From NCBI GenBank assembly GCA_017499595.2, contig CM039010.1, forward strand, positions 1,488,001 through 1,552,000: 64,000 bases of DNA, given 5' to 3'. The translations under genes were made by a program, and so were the position numbers. Source of the DNA: Psilocybe cubensis. Its lineage: Eukaryota. Below the pieces are notes generated by a model. It searched no databases. It was not told the origin of the DNA and worked only from the letters and a program-made list of their open reading frames with translations. Positions within the stretch are counted from its first letter, which is position 1, and every line of letters starts with the position of its first letter. This document shows, one piece after another, positions 27,609-38,892 of the stretch.

Positions 27609-28415
27609 TTACGATGTCTTAGTCGATGAAGTCGAATCAGCACCATCTTTACCCTCCGCACTCGGACTCGGACTCGAACTCTTACCCCCCCAAAAACGCC
27701 ACCCACCGCTCTGCTTAACCGCCTCCGTCGTGCTCGTGCTCGTCGCCGTCGTCGGCTCCTTATCCTCCTTGGGCTTATTCACCACCGGCCCCTTAACAGT
27801 CATCTTCCCACCCTCAACACCAACCGCCTTCTCCATCCTCGTCACCTCCTCCGCATTCCTCAAGCGCTCCTCAAACTCCCGCTTCTCCTGCGCCTTCTTG
27901 TGCTTCTGCGCCTCCGTCTCCGTCTCCTTCCCCGTCTCACCCGCAGAAGAGGAAGAGGAAGAGGAAGAAGCAGACTGCGACCGCGCCGACTCGATCCCAA
28001 ACTTCTCCTTCATCCACTCACGGCCCCACGTCGAGCCGAGAAGGAGCGCGCCGACAGTGAGCCCCTGCAGGCCGACCCGCGCGCGCAGCCAGTAGTTCAT
28101 GTCTTTGGGCTTGCCTGCGCGGAGCTTTGCGGCGGACATGATTAGGGCGCCGCATGTTGCTAGGCATCCTGTGTGGGAGGGGGGTGTGGGTGGGGAGGGG
28201 AGGGGGGAGAGGGGGAGAGTGTGAGTCAAGCAAAAAAAAGCGTGTGCACGCAAGGCAGGAAGGTGAAAGAAAGACGTACCGAGAGGGACCCACGGGTTCT
28301 CATTGAACTTGCGCGCAAACTTGTCGCTCCACGTCTCCAGCGGGTCCTGGTACCCTCCCGAAACGGAAGCGGGAGCGGAAGTTGTTGTTGGAGGTGGGGG
28401 TGGGGGTGTAGACAT
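27609..28415 (-). CDS. RCF1: Respiratory supercomplex factor 1 (HIG1 domain), 2 exons
   Basis: KFARKFNENPWVPLG, intron 28169-28279, then CLATCGALIMSAAKLRAG..MNYWLRARVGLQGLT. Confidence 0.85.
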   Translation of the reverse strand: MSTPPPPPPTTTSAPASVSGGYQDPLETWSDKFARKFNENPWVPLGTSFFHLPALRAHAFFCLTHTLPLSPLPSPPTPPSHTGCLATCGALIMSAAKLRAGKPKDMNYWLRARVGLQGLTVGALLLGSTWGREWMKEKFGIESARSQSASSSSSSSSAGETGKETETEAQKHKKAQEKREFEERLRNAEEVTRMEKAVGVEGGKMTVKGPVVNKPKEDKEPTTATSTSTTEAVKQSGGWRFWGGKSSSPSPSAEGKDGADSTSSTKTS

Positions 28416-29906
28416 TTTTGTGGCCTTTTAGTTATATAGTATGTCCAAGTCGAGTTGTAGTCGCAGTTTTACTCGAGTTGTGTCGATTCAGAGAGGGGAG
28501 GCGAGTCGTACTTGGATCGTATCGTAGCGTCCTTCCTACTCAAAGCGAAAGCGCAAAAACGACCCTATAAAAGGTGACATTGACAAAAGATACAATGTGA
28601 GCTCAATATGCGCGGTCCATGTTTTAGTAAATAAAAAACAAGCTCACAGTATCGTATTGTCTCGGTATTATCACCAATGACTAGCAAAGCTCTAAGCTCT
28701 AAGGGTCCTAGATCCCTTATACACGTCCCAAGCTCGCGAAAAAGCTGCGCAAGTTATACAATGTCGTTGTGGTAGTGGTGGTTCCAGATGGTGGTAGTGT
28801 GAGGACGGAAGGCAAGCCGTGTTGCGCTCGCACCCGCTCCCGTTCCCGCACCCGTTCCTGCTTCGGGTTCCCTTTTAGGAAACCGCGAGATTTTCTTAAA
28901 TTTTATTTTTTCTGACGGCAGGCAGGCAGTGGTTATTTTCGTAAAACCGACTCGGAGCTCTCCTCCGCGTTCGCGTTCGCGTTCGCACTCAGCGCTTTAT
29001 TTTCAACGCTCGATATCTGGATATCCATCGCATACAATATACAGTATATATTTACATCACAGATAAAAAGCGGCGTGTCTGGATCTATCGTGTCAACTAA
29101 CTTGAATAATCGCATATGTAACTTGAAGTAGATTGATCCAAGATAGAATTATTCGAGATTCGAGATTCGAGCTTCCTTTTTTCTACTTGTGTTTATTATA
29201 TTACAGCGGGCAGTCAGTCAGTATGTAAGTATACATAACCAATCTAATCCAAGGGGGGCGGTGGGTGGTTGCACCTTGAAAGGATCAATAACAATGAATA
29301 AATGGATAAAAGGATGGATGGATAAATGGATGGATGGACAGTAAACGGGTGCACTGGTGCGTGAGTGATTCAGAAAACAACGAAGAAAACTTTCGAGGCA
29401 ATCGACAATCGACAATCCTAATCGTAATCGTAATCCATATCCGAAATATCTGATTCCATCCAATCATCCAATGATCCAATCTAGCGTGTCGCGACGGTCA
29501 AGGGTTACGGGTAGATAAGGTACTTGAATGGGTAGACGGTTAGGTTGGATTAGGGAGGGTAGGGTAGGATGGGATAAGGAATGGCGGGGTAGAGTAGGGT
29601 AGGGTAGAGTAGGGGGGTAGAGTAGGGTAGGGTATCATGCAGCATCGACAACTGTAACTGTCCCATCTTCCTATTATACTAGAGAAATCAGCTATACAAT
29701 CAACTGGACGCATAACGCATACATACAGAAACGTTATTAAACTCACCACCACCATCATCATCATCAAAAAACACCAGCGATCGCACACTCGCACTCGCAC
29801 TCGCACTCGCACTCGCACTCCACCCGCACCCGCACCCGCACCCGCACCCGCACACACAAACGCAAAAGGCAAACGCAAAGCACGCCCACCAACCACCAAC
29901 CACCAA

Positions 29907-30628
29907 TCACCCGCCATGAAGCGTAGAAATAAACACGACCTCATCTCCATTCTTCAGCTCGTACTCGCCCTCTCCCTCGAGTTCCCAGTCGGTGTCGTTG
30001 ATCAGGACGAGGATGCCTGGACGGCTGGTGTTGGCCATGTCGATATCGATATCGATGCGATATTGATATTGATATTGATTCGATGTGTAAGTGTAAGTAT
30101 AAGTGTAAGTGTAAGAGTAAGAGTAAGAGTAAGAGTAAGAGTAAGAGTAAGAGTAAGAGTAAGAGTAAGAGTAAGAGTAAGAGTAAGAGTAAGAGTAAGA
30201 GTAAGAATAAGAACAAGGTCGTCAGTTATTTGAATCCGGTGTCGAGAAGCAAAAAGAAACAAAGCACAGATCACTCACACAGTACCCTTCTCCATGAACA
30301 GCTCAACGCGCTCGGTAAGCATGTGGTCGCGCATGTAATGGATCAGATAGGCCACGTCTACGTTTTTCGTTTCTTTCTCTATCACCGTCACCGTGTCCGT
30401 GTCCGTCTCTGTTCCCGTCCCCGACGTCGTTCCTGTTCCCGTCGTCGTCGTCGTCGAGGAAGAAGTAGATGCGGAAGCGGAAGCGGGGTAAGGAGAAGGA
30501 GACAGGGAAAGAGAAGTAGAATTATCAACAGGGACAACAGCGGGTATATCAACGCGGTACGACCGCTTGTTGGCGAAGAGGAGCTCGAGGCCGCCGCCGA
30601 ATTCGAGTTTTATGGAGATTGTTGACAT
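29907..30628 (-). CDS. URM1: Ubiquitin-related modifier 1, 2 exons, with a low-complexity insertion
   Basis: [13 protein letters not shown]...ELFMEKGTV, intron 30025-30278, then [17 protein letters not shown]...[10 protein letters not shown]. Confidence 0.95.
30111..30206. repeat. (GTAAGA)16 microsatellite inside the URM1 intron
   Basis: Sixteen perfect hexamers preceded by GTAAGT variants. Confidence 0.95.
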
Positions 30629-31269
30629 TGGATGTTGAGGCTCTGGTTTTTTTTGGGGGGGAGGGGGGGTTTTGGTTTTTGGGGGGTATGGTGGTGGTGG
30701 TGGTTCGGGTTCTGGTTTTTGTTTTTGGTTTTGCGCTTTCTGCTTTCTGATTTGTTTTCTGCTTTGTGTGTTCCTTTTTTCGTGTTTTGTATTTCTTTTG
30801 TTTTGTTTTGTGTTTTGGTTGGAGTTAGAGCACAGTAGACGGCCGAGAGCCGAGGGCGGAGGTGAAGATGAAGGCGAAGACGGATGGACGGATGGATGGA
30901 TGGATGGTAGAGGATGAAGGATAGGTTGTGATTAGATCATTTGACGTCTGATTCGATTTCGATTTTAGATCTGAGCTGAAGGACGGGATATGCCGGTGAT
31001 TACGTGATACGCTACAGTAAAGCCGCAATTGGCCAATCGCGACGCGCGTCGGGAGTTGGTCGAGGGGCCGAGTGCGCAGAAGACGCGTTGGGTTGGGTTG
31101 GGTATTTTGTGGAGATTAGAGTAGAAATTAGGTGTATTCTAGAAAGCATGAAAAATATTTGTGGGTATAGCTAAGAGTCCGCCCGACTACTATGAAAGCA
31201 CTTGTGATAGCGTGTAATGTACTATTACTATTACATTTATTATGGGTATATCGTACAAGGGCATAAGCA

Positions 31270-33484
31270 TCAAGATTCCAAAGCGTGTTTGCGCATTTTC
31301 AGTCAGAAGCCGACTGCCAGTGAGACAGCGATCAGCAATCAGCAACCATGTGTGCGCTTGTAAAGTAAAAAACGTATTCGTACCCAACAAACAAAGACTG
31401 AGCGATTCCTTGTCGAGTCTTCGAAGAAATCTCTATTCTCTTCAACCTCGCCGTAATCTTCCTCTCACGTCAGGATATCGCTGCATTCCTCGAAACCTCG
31501 TAGCGTCTGCACAATACAGGGGGGTGTCAGCCACAGCCACACCGGCAAAACAAAGCCAAAGCCAACGAAAGCAGCACTTGTGACTTACTGATTCTCGACA
31601 CCCACCCATCTCTGCGAAGATGCACCCCAGCGCGCAGTAATCTACGGGGTAGGTGTACCTCGTACCCCCTCATGCGGATCTTCTCAGGCGCCATGTATCT
31701 GTATCCGCGCGTGCCCACTGCCGCCTGCGCGCGAGGCGTACACCGTGTCACGGTGCGTCGTGGATGTACGGCACTTGAGCTAGCTCGACTCGAGGGAGCT
31801 TGATTGTGGACGTGGCCGTGATTGTGCCGCAGCGTGCGCAGGACGTGTGCGGGCTTCAGGTCGCTGTGGATTACTTGGAGAGTCTTGAAGCCTGTGGGTT
31901 GGGTGTATGGTGAGTATAACAAGGAGCGGATGGCGGGAAACGGGGAAAGGAGGAGATTCAGAACGAACGTACGATTTTGGCGATCATGGTATGATGCGAT
32001 GGGTCTCCGATATCGCGACTCGGCTGTATCGTGTGCAGTGGGAGGCTATCTAGCACATCGACCTGATCCGTCTATATCAACGGCTACGATGATATGGCGG
32101 AAACGCCTCAGCCTACCCGCGCTCATTGAGCGTGCGGTGTCCGAGATGGCGATGGATCACACTTGCTCCATGCGCGCGGTCCCGATGTCCGACCCGGTAT
32201 CGCGCACCTTGCGCACGATGAGTCCTTTTCTTCAGAACTCTCGGACGTCCTTGAATCCCTGGATTGGTGGGGGGTGTCCCTCCCGTGTTCGACGCCGCGT
32301 GTGGGGGGGGGGGGGCAAGATACTCTCACACCCCGCTCGATGCGCGTTGAGGAGGTTAAGGAGTTCGTCCTTTTCTCTGCACGCGAAACGCGGAAAAGTC
32401 AATCTTCATCACAATACCATCTTTGACATCCGGCTTAGCAACACCATGCCTACACAAAAATAATTCATCAAGTGATCCATAGTGTGCACATACGAGCAGA
32501 TTACGCACTCTTTGATAAGATGCCTTCTGAGGGTGACAGTATTGCCTGGCTTGAAGCATCGGGCGCAAGCCAGACCTTCGTAATCGGCCGCTGCACGCCT
32601 GAGTTCTTCTTCCTCGGTCAGCCGGGCCCTGATCGTCTCTGCATCTCGCGCGTTCCACATCGATCGTCTGGGCTGCGAAAGACATAGAGCCGGTGCTCGA
32701 GCCGCAGATGCTGGCGGTGATGCATTTTCGGTAGCAATGCTTTGCTACCGTATGTAATGTTTTATGTATCCGCTTCGTCTGCGGCGGAGTATAGCTGTGT
32801 AGTCGTGGTATCGCTGTGGTTGCTGACTCTGTTTTTTGAATGGATCTGAGGTGGGATATAAATGTAGATCTAGGTGTGAAGGTGTTGGAAAGATGTGGGT
32901 GTGGGTGTGGGTGTGGGTGTGCGATGATGCGCGTTGGTGTATCCTGCTGCTGCTTCTGCTTCTGCTGTGGCACTGGTCTAAGGGAAGGAAATGACCTTGG
33001 AGGAGATGCCACGGGTGCTGGAGGGGAAAGCGAACAGCTTTGGTGTCAACGTCTCCTCAGCCTCGTCGGTTTATAACGTGCGTCAGCGGAGCTGTGTGTC
33101 GAGTGCGCGCTGGTGGGAACACACGCCCCAGATGCTGCTTGTGTGTGAAGAAGAGGAAGAAGAAGAAGGAGAGGAATAAGAATAGGAAGCGGTGGAACAT
33201 GCTGGGGTATTTGAACTGGGTCCTGAGTCTGATCCTGAGTCAAAGGCGTTTGTTTGGTTAAGATCTATTCCGAAATTAGAGGATGTCGGGCTCTTTAGTG
33301 TTAACAAAGGGTGGGGTTGTGAAGACGAGGTTGATTCCGCCGCCGACAATGAAGATGATGATACTGACGACGCGATTTGGCACGCGAACGACGACGGAGT
33401 CCGGACGACACTGGATAGTACTTGCGCCAGGGTCTGCCGCCCCGCGTACCTGTGGTACATTAAGTTACCGCCTGGCTGCGGCAT
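31270..33484 (-). pseudogene. Kinase copy K1, pseudogene
   Basis: Retains [59 protein letters not shown], but has stops, frameshifts, deletions (no DFG, no last exons) and a foreign insert. Confidence 0.88.
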
Positions 33485-34319
33485 GGCGCGAGCGTGTCTG
33501 CGCCACTCGGAAAGAGGGTTATAACAATGCAGTAAGCAAGGGGGCAATAAAGAAAGGGAAAGGGAAAGGGAAAAGAAAGGGTGCGGTGGCGCATTTGTCG
33601 GTGCACGGTGGGTGGTGATCGCGAAAAAGTTACAAAGAGGTTTATCGATTGCTGTTGTAGGTATATGCCACTGCGCTTGGAGTTCATTGTAAAGACGCTA
33701 TTTTTTGCACGGTTCCGTAGATTGATGCACGCGAGCAATGATGGCAAAGTCTTTGAACTCACAACAGATTCTACATAATAACTGTCATTGATTCATGTGA
33801 TACTTTACATTCTAGTGTGTCTACCTGGTTGATTTATTAATGCATGTATATCTTTGCTACTCAATGTGAATGAGCTTCTGGAATTGACCAATGTGTTCGT
33901 TGTAAACGGGAGCATTGCTTATTTTCTTTGCTTTATCTTCAATGCTTTGATTTCTGTTTTGTGTGGTTGTTTGATGTTTTGTTGTTCCCTTCTGTCATAG
34001 CTTTCGGCGAGAGTGGAGGGTGAAGTGGGAGAGGTGAATCGTATGGATGATAGAGAATTATTAGAACAGTGACGCGCATCCGCGCATCAAGCCTTGAGAT
34101 GTGGAGGCGCATCACCTTTGGGTTAGATGCTTGTGCTAAAATTGTTCAGTCAATGTAAAACTATATTTGTACGACATATTTGTGGATATATGTAGGATTT
34201 TAATGGGATGATAGGTTAGTCCGTCCGACTATTAAAGTATTACAATAGCATGTAGTGTACATTGTTTATGTTGCTATCGTACAAGGCTATGTGAAATGTC
34301 CCATCCACGAGTTTATAAT

Positions 34320-37122
34320 TTACCAGTGTGACATATATGGTCCGTATGGGTTGATCCAACGATACATGGTATCGTTCGTTGGATCCGATGTCTCGATTGG
34401 GTGTGTTGGTGTTGACTTGTCGCCCGGATTTGGCGAGTCAACGATAAGGAAGTTTTCTGGCTCTGTGTAATAGTAAAATATAAAAATGTTGTCAAGGTTA
34501 TGGTGTATGAGAAACGTACCCGTTTCGGCAATTTTGTCGAACTCGGAGAAATCACTGTGGAGGGTGTCACAATGTCAGGTTGAAAGTAAAGTGATGCCAA
34601 AAAATGATCAATTCTTACTCAGTGATTTTAAAGTAGGGGTGGGAGATGAGTTCCCAAAACCCGAAGCGTGTCTGTGGGTTGGGATCCAGGAGCTGGAGAC
34701 AGCGATCAACATGCAAGTTCGCGGTTTCACAAAAAAAATAGTGTTACCCCACAAACGAGACTGAGCGAATCTTCGTCGAGCTCTTGGTCCTCGAAGAAAG
34801 TCCTGCGCTCCTCGACGTCGCCGTAATCTTCCTCCCACGTCAGAATATCGCCACACTCCTCGAAACTTCGCAATGTCTACACAACACAGGGGGTGTCAGC
34901 CACACTGGCAAAACAAAGCCAAATCCAAATAAAGACCACATACCCGATCCTCGACTCCGGCCATCTCAGCGAAAATGCAACCCAGCGCCCAGTAATCTAC
35001 TGGGTAACTGTAGCCCCTTGTACGCACTTTTTCTGGCGCCATGTACCCGCGCGTCCCGACTGCGCGCGAAGCGTACACCGTGTCGCGGTGTAACGGCGCC
35101 ATGGTGGCCGTGCAATGGCTCAGCCCGAAGTCGGTGAGCTTGATGGTGCCGGTGGGAGTGAAGAGGATGTTGGCCGGTTTGAGGTCGTTGTGGATGACCC
35201 CAATGCTGTGTAGGGTGGCTAGCCCTGTAGCCTGCGGGAAAGTGGGTCGAGGTGTGGTGAGGAAATGAAGGAAATTACGACTAGGGGGGGAAACGTACAA
35301 TTTGCGCGATAATTCGGCGTGTATCGCGACGAGCCACGATCGTGCGTCTGCTATCGAGCACATCCGCGAGATCGGTGGCCATCAGTGGCTAGAAACGAAG
35401 AAAAATAGTAAGGCAGTTACTCGTGTTTTGACTATCGATCGCGCTTACCAACAGGAGACAGTGCTCCCCGCGGATGGTCAGCGTTGCGACCAAATTCATT
35501 ATGAACTCGAACCCAACTTTACCCTCCCTCGGCGCTTCCGCGATGCGCCTGTAGACTTCACACTCGCGTTTTAGCTGCGAGCGTGCGCGAAGGCCGTCGG
35601 CGAAGGCCACATCGCGGGTTTTGAAGCGCTTCAGCGCCCATATGCTGTCGGTTTTGAGGCCGACTTCGCCCCGACTCTCCGTCCCAACGCTGCTCGTTTG
35701 CCTGGCCTGGGGAGAGGGAGAGGTAGGGAGGGGGACCGAACGCACGGTCTCGATACGCGCCGTCCCATTGCCGGACCCGATAGCACACACCTTGCGCACT
35801 GCGATGCTGCGCCCTTTCAGCATCGCGAAGCCGTTTAGAGGCTTCGGCGTCTCCACTGGGTTGGATACGACATGCGGAGGGAGAACGCTCTCGTATCCGG
35901 CGAGATGCGCGTCGAGGAGGTTGATAAGCTCATCCCTCTTCTCCTCGTACCTCCGCCAAGATCCACTCGCCTCGGATGTCGGCTGACGGTGTGCTTGTGC
36001 TGATGGTACTCCAGCAGCATGTTTTTCGGTTGAGCTGGACGATTCCCTTCTCGGAGAGTGGATAGAACTCGCCCTACTTGGGGAAGAGGTTTGGTTTGCG
36101 CCTTCAGTATTGGCGGTCTGGTCTGGATGAGACACAGAGCCGGTGCCGAAGCCGCAGACGCTGTCGCTGGGGGAATTCGGTAGCAAGGAGTCGCTACCGT
36201 AAGAATGTTTGCCAACCAGCGCCTCGTCTGCGGCGGAGTATACCCGTGCATTGTTGCTGCCGTTGCTGCTGCTGTTGTCTCCATCTCTGGATGAATCTAA
36301 TTCGAAATCTGAAGCTGAATCTAGGTGTAAAGCTCGTGGAAAGGCGCGGAAGCTGGTACGCGGCGACGCGCGCTGGCGGATGCTGCTGTGTGTGTTGCAA
36401 CTGCTGCTGTTACCGCTAACTTTTTGACTTGCGTCGCGTCCTGACTTGGTTTTGTCGAGATGTGGTGACTCGAGCTTGCTGAGTCGTGGCTGTCTGGCGC
36501 TCTTGCTGTGGCTTTTGCTGTTACTGCTGCTGCTTCTTTTGCTGTGGCACTGGTCTATGGAAACAACCTTGGAGGATACGCCACCGACACTGGAAGGGAA
36601 GGTGAGCTGCTTTGGTGTCAGTGTCTCCTCAGGCTCGTCGGTGTAGAGCGTGCGTCCACAGAGCTGTGTGTCGAGTGCGCGCTGGCGGGAACACACGCCC
36701 CAGATGCTACTTGTGTGTGAAGAAGTGGAGGAAGGAGTGGAAGAGGTGGAACACGCTGGAGCATTTGAACTGGGTCCTGAGCCTGAGCCGGAGCCTGATC
36801 CTGAGTCAAAGGTGTTTGTCTGGCTAAGATCTATTCCGAAATTAGGAGAGGTAGGGCTGTTGATTGTCAACAAAGGGTATGATTTTGAAGACGAGGTGGA
36901 TGATGATGCCACCGCCGACGATGAAGATGACGAGGACGGGGACGACGCGAATGGGCACACGAATGAGGACGGAGTCGCGTACGACACTGTGGACAATACC
37001 TGCGCCAGCGTCTGCAGCCCAGCGTACTTGTGGTACAACGTGGCCCGGGCCTTGCGTGCAAGTGGCCCTGGCTGTGGTATGGCGCGAGGAGACTTGTGGC
37101 CTTGATCGATCTGCTGTGGCAT
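34320..37122 (-). CDS. Ser/Thr protein kinase K2 (non-RD, HND), 7 exons, long Ser-rich N-terminus
   Basis: [51 protein letters not shown]. All six introns splice in frame; ATG of MPQQ at 37122. Confidence 0.9.
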
Positions 37123-37958
37123 TGCGACGAAAGTGGAGATATAGGTAATAAAGACGCGTCTGGTGGGGGTGTTTTGTGTCGCGTGAGCGTGTCTGCGCCA
37201 CTTGGCAAGAGGAATATCCCAATGCGGTAAGGAGGGGGTCAATAAAGAAAGAGAAAGGGACAAGGAAAGGGAAAGGGTGAGGCGGCGCGTTTGTCGGTGC
37301 ACGGTGGGTGGTGATCGCGAACTTAATTGTGTTCTCTCTCAAGGGAAGATAGGTCGGATGCGCTGGACAAGTGGATGGTTATGACTATGGAGGTGTTGAG
37401 TAGCTAGAAATAATATTTTATTGCATCCGTCTGACCCACCACCCACATTCGTCTCTATTAGGCAGGTAAGGTCTTTACTTTTGGCTTCGTCTGATTTCGA
37501 AAGCTTTGAAAGTTTACGGTGGAGCACATGGTCCAGACGCTATGCTCTGTGCCGGTTCGTAGGCCGATGCGCAGGAGTGATAATGGGAAAGGTTGATTAA
37601 TTAATGGACGTGTGTAGTTTCTACATTCATTTAATGTGAATGAACGACTAAGTTGATGTGTTTGTTGTAGAAGCAGAGCATTACTTGCTTTATTAACTTT
37701 ATCTTCAGTGCTAACTCTGTTTCATGACAGTACTGGAGCTGCTTACGACGCTGGATTCTGGTTACCTTTTGCTCATTGTGGGAAGAATCCACACTGCTTA
37801 GAGATGAAACCAAATACTACTGAATTTAGACGTAAGTATCTACTGTCTAGGTGGTTTGTAACATGCTCTCTTCGCCGTTTTTGTTTTATGAACGGAGATT
37901 GTTCTTGAGGCGAACGAAAAGCAAAGAGGCTAACTAACAGACTATATCCACCAGCATG

Positions 37959-38337
37959 CTATTGAGCTGGACATCTTGAGTTGTCTGCTACCTTATCACG
38001 ACCGGTTTTCATGAAGGTCTCGTATAGACTTCATTAAATCCAATGTGGAAGAGTAATCCATATCCCCAGATTTGTCGATCTGTTCCTCTAACGACAGAAT
38101 TCCATACAACAAATTTTTAGCTAAATAGTCTAATGAGTCTTTTTGATCCTTTAACAATTAGGCAGGACATACGATGGACCTGATTAGGGGACCCTTGTCT
38201 TCGGTGGTAAGACTGCTTTCAATCTCATTCGAGGTGTGGGCAGGCGACTGTATTCTGGCTTCGAGTTGTGCGTTGACTACAGATCCTTTAGACTGTGAAC
38301 CTTTGCGCGCAGCTGGTTCCTTGTGAGAGTGTTTCAT
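37959..38337 (-). pseudogene. Small partner gene S2, frameshifted
   Basis: MKHSHKEPAARKGSQSK start, conserved intron, and YETFMKTGRDKVADNSRCPAQ* end, but frameshifts near 38190 and 38030. Confidence 0.8.
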
Positions 38338-38892
38338 TTAAGGGCATACTTAAGGTTTGGGGGAAAAATCACAAAGTTGTAGGGCGCTTTATATGTGTAG
38401 ACAGGATACCGATATCACATCCGCATGTACTGGCCGCACTGACGTTACACTATATTTTACAACGCCCGTCATTGGTGGCCTGGGTGTCATCGTTGGAAAT
38501 TATCAAGACCATCTACTCGCAGCTCAAACTTCAAATCTAGGTACACAATATTAAGCGGACAGTTTAATCCTGAGTGACATTGGAGCTAAAGATGTATATT
38601 TCGATTCGATCTGCAGCGCGGACGCGTCACCGGGTTGGGTTGTGTGCTCTTACTTAAATCTTGGGGTTAGCGCTAAATGTAGGTACATTTCAGGAATTTG
38701 CAAGACAATTGGGGTATAAGTATGCCAGTGTGTTGTTTTACAATTAAATAATGCGATAATAGCAAGATAACAGTTAAGATCTAAGAGTCCGTCCCTACGA
38801 AAGCATTGCAATAGTTGTGTATAATGTACATTAATTGATGAGGGTATATAGTAGAAAGTCCGGGTAGTTACTCTTACAATGCATGTGTAAAA

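Noticed and set aside
29941-30625. Poly-L, poly-KS, poly-RV and poly-LT ORFs
   Set aside because: Artefacts of the (GTAAGA)n microsatellite in the URM1 intron and antisense to URM1.
18850-31000. Idea that the repeat-rich zone is a mating-type locus, telomere or centromere
   Set aside because: No homeodomain, pheromone/receptor or MIP1 genes, no TTAGGG arrays and no retroelement clusters are visible.
34356-34384. Hairpin CCAACGATAC-N3-GTATCGTT in the last kinase exon, with variants in K2-K6
   Set aside because: It coincides with the conserved NDTMYRW codons, and substitutions between copies do not compensate consistently on one strand.
37122-37302. Upstream GTG-initiated N-terminal extensions of the kinase ORFs in the ORF track
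   Set aside because: Non-ATG starts of variable length; the first ATG conserved in K2-K6 is MPQQ.
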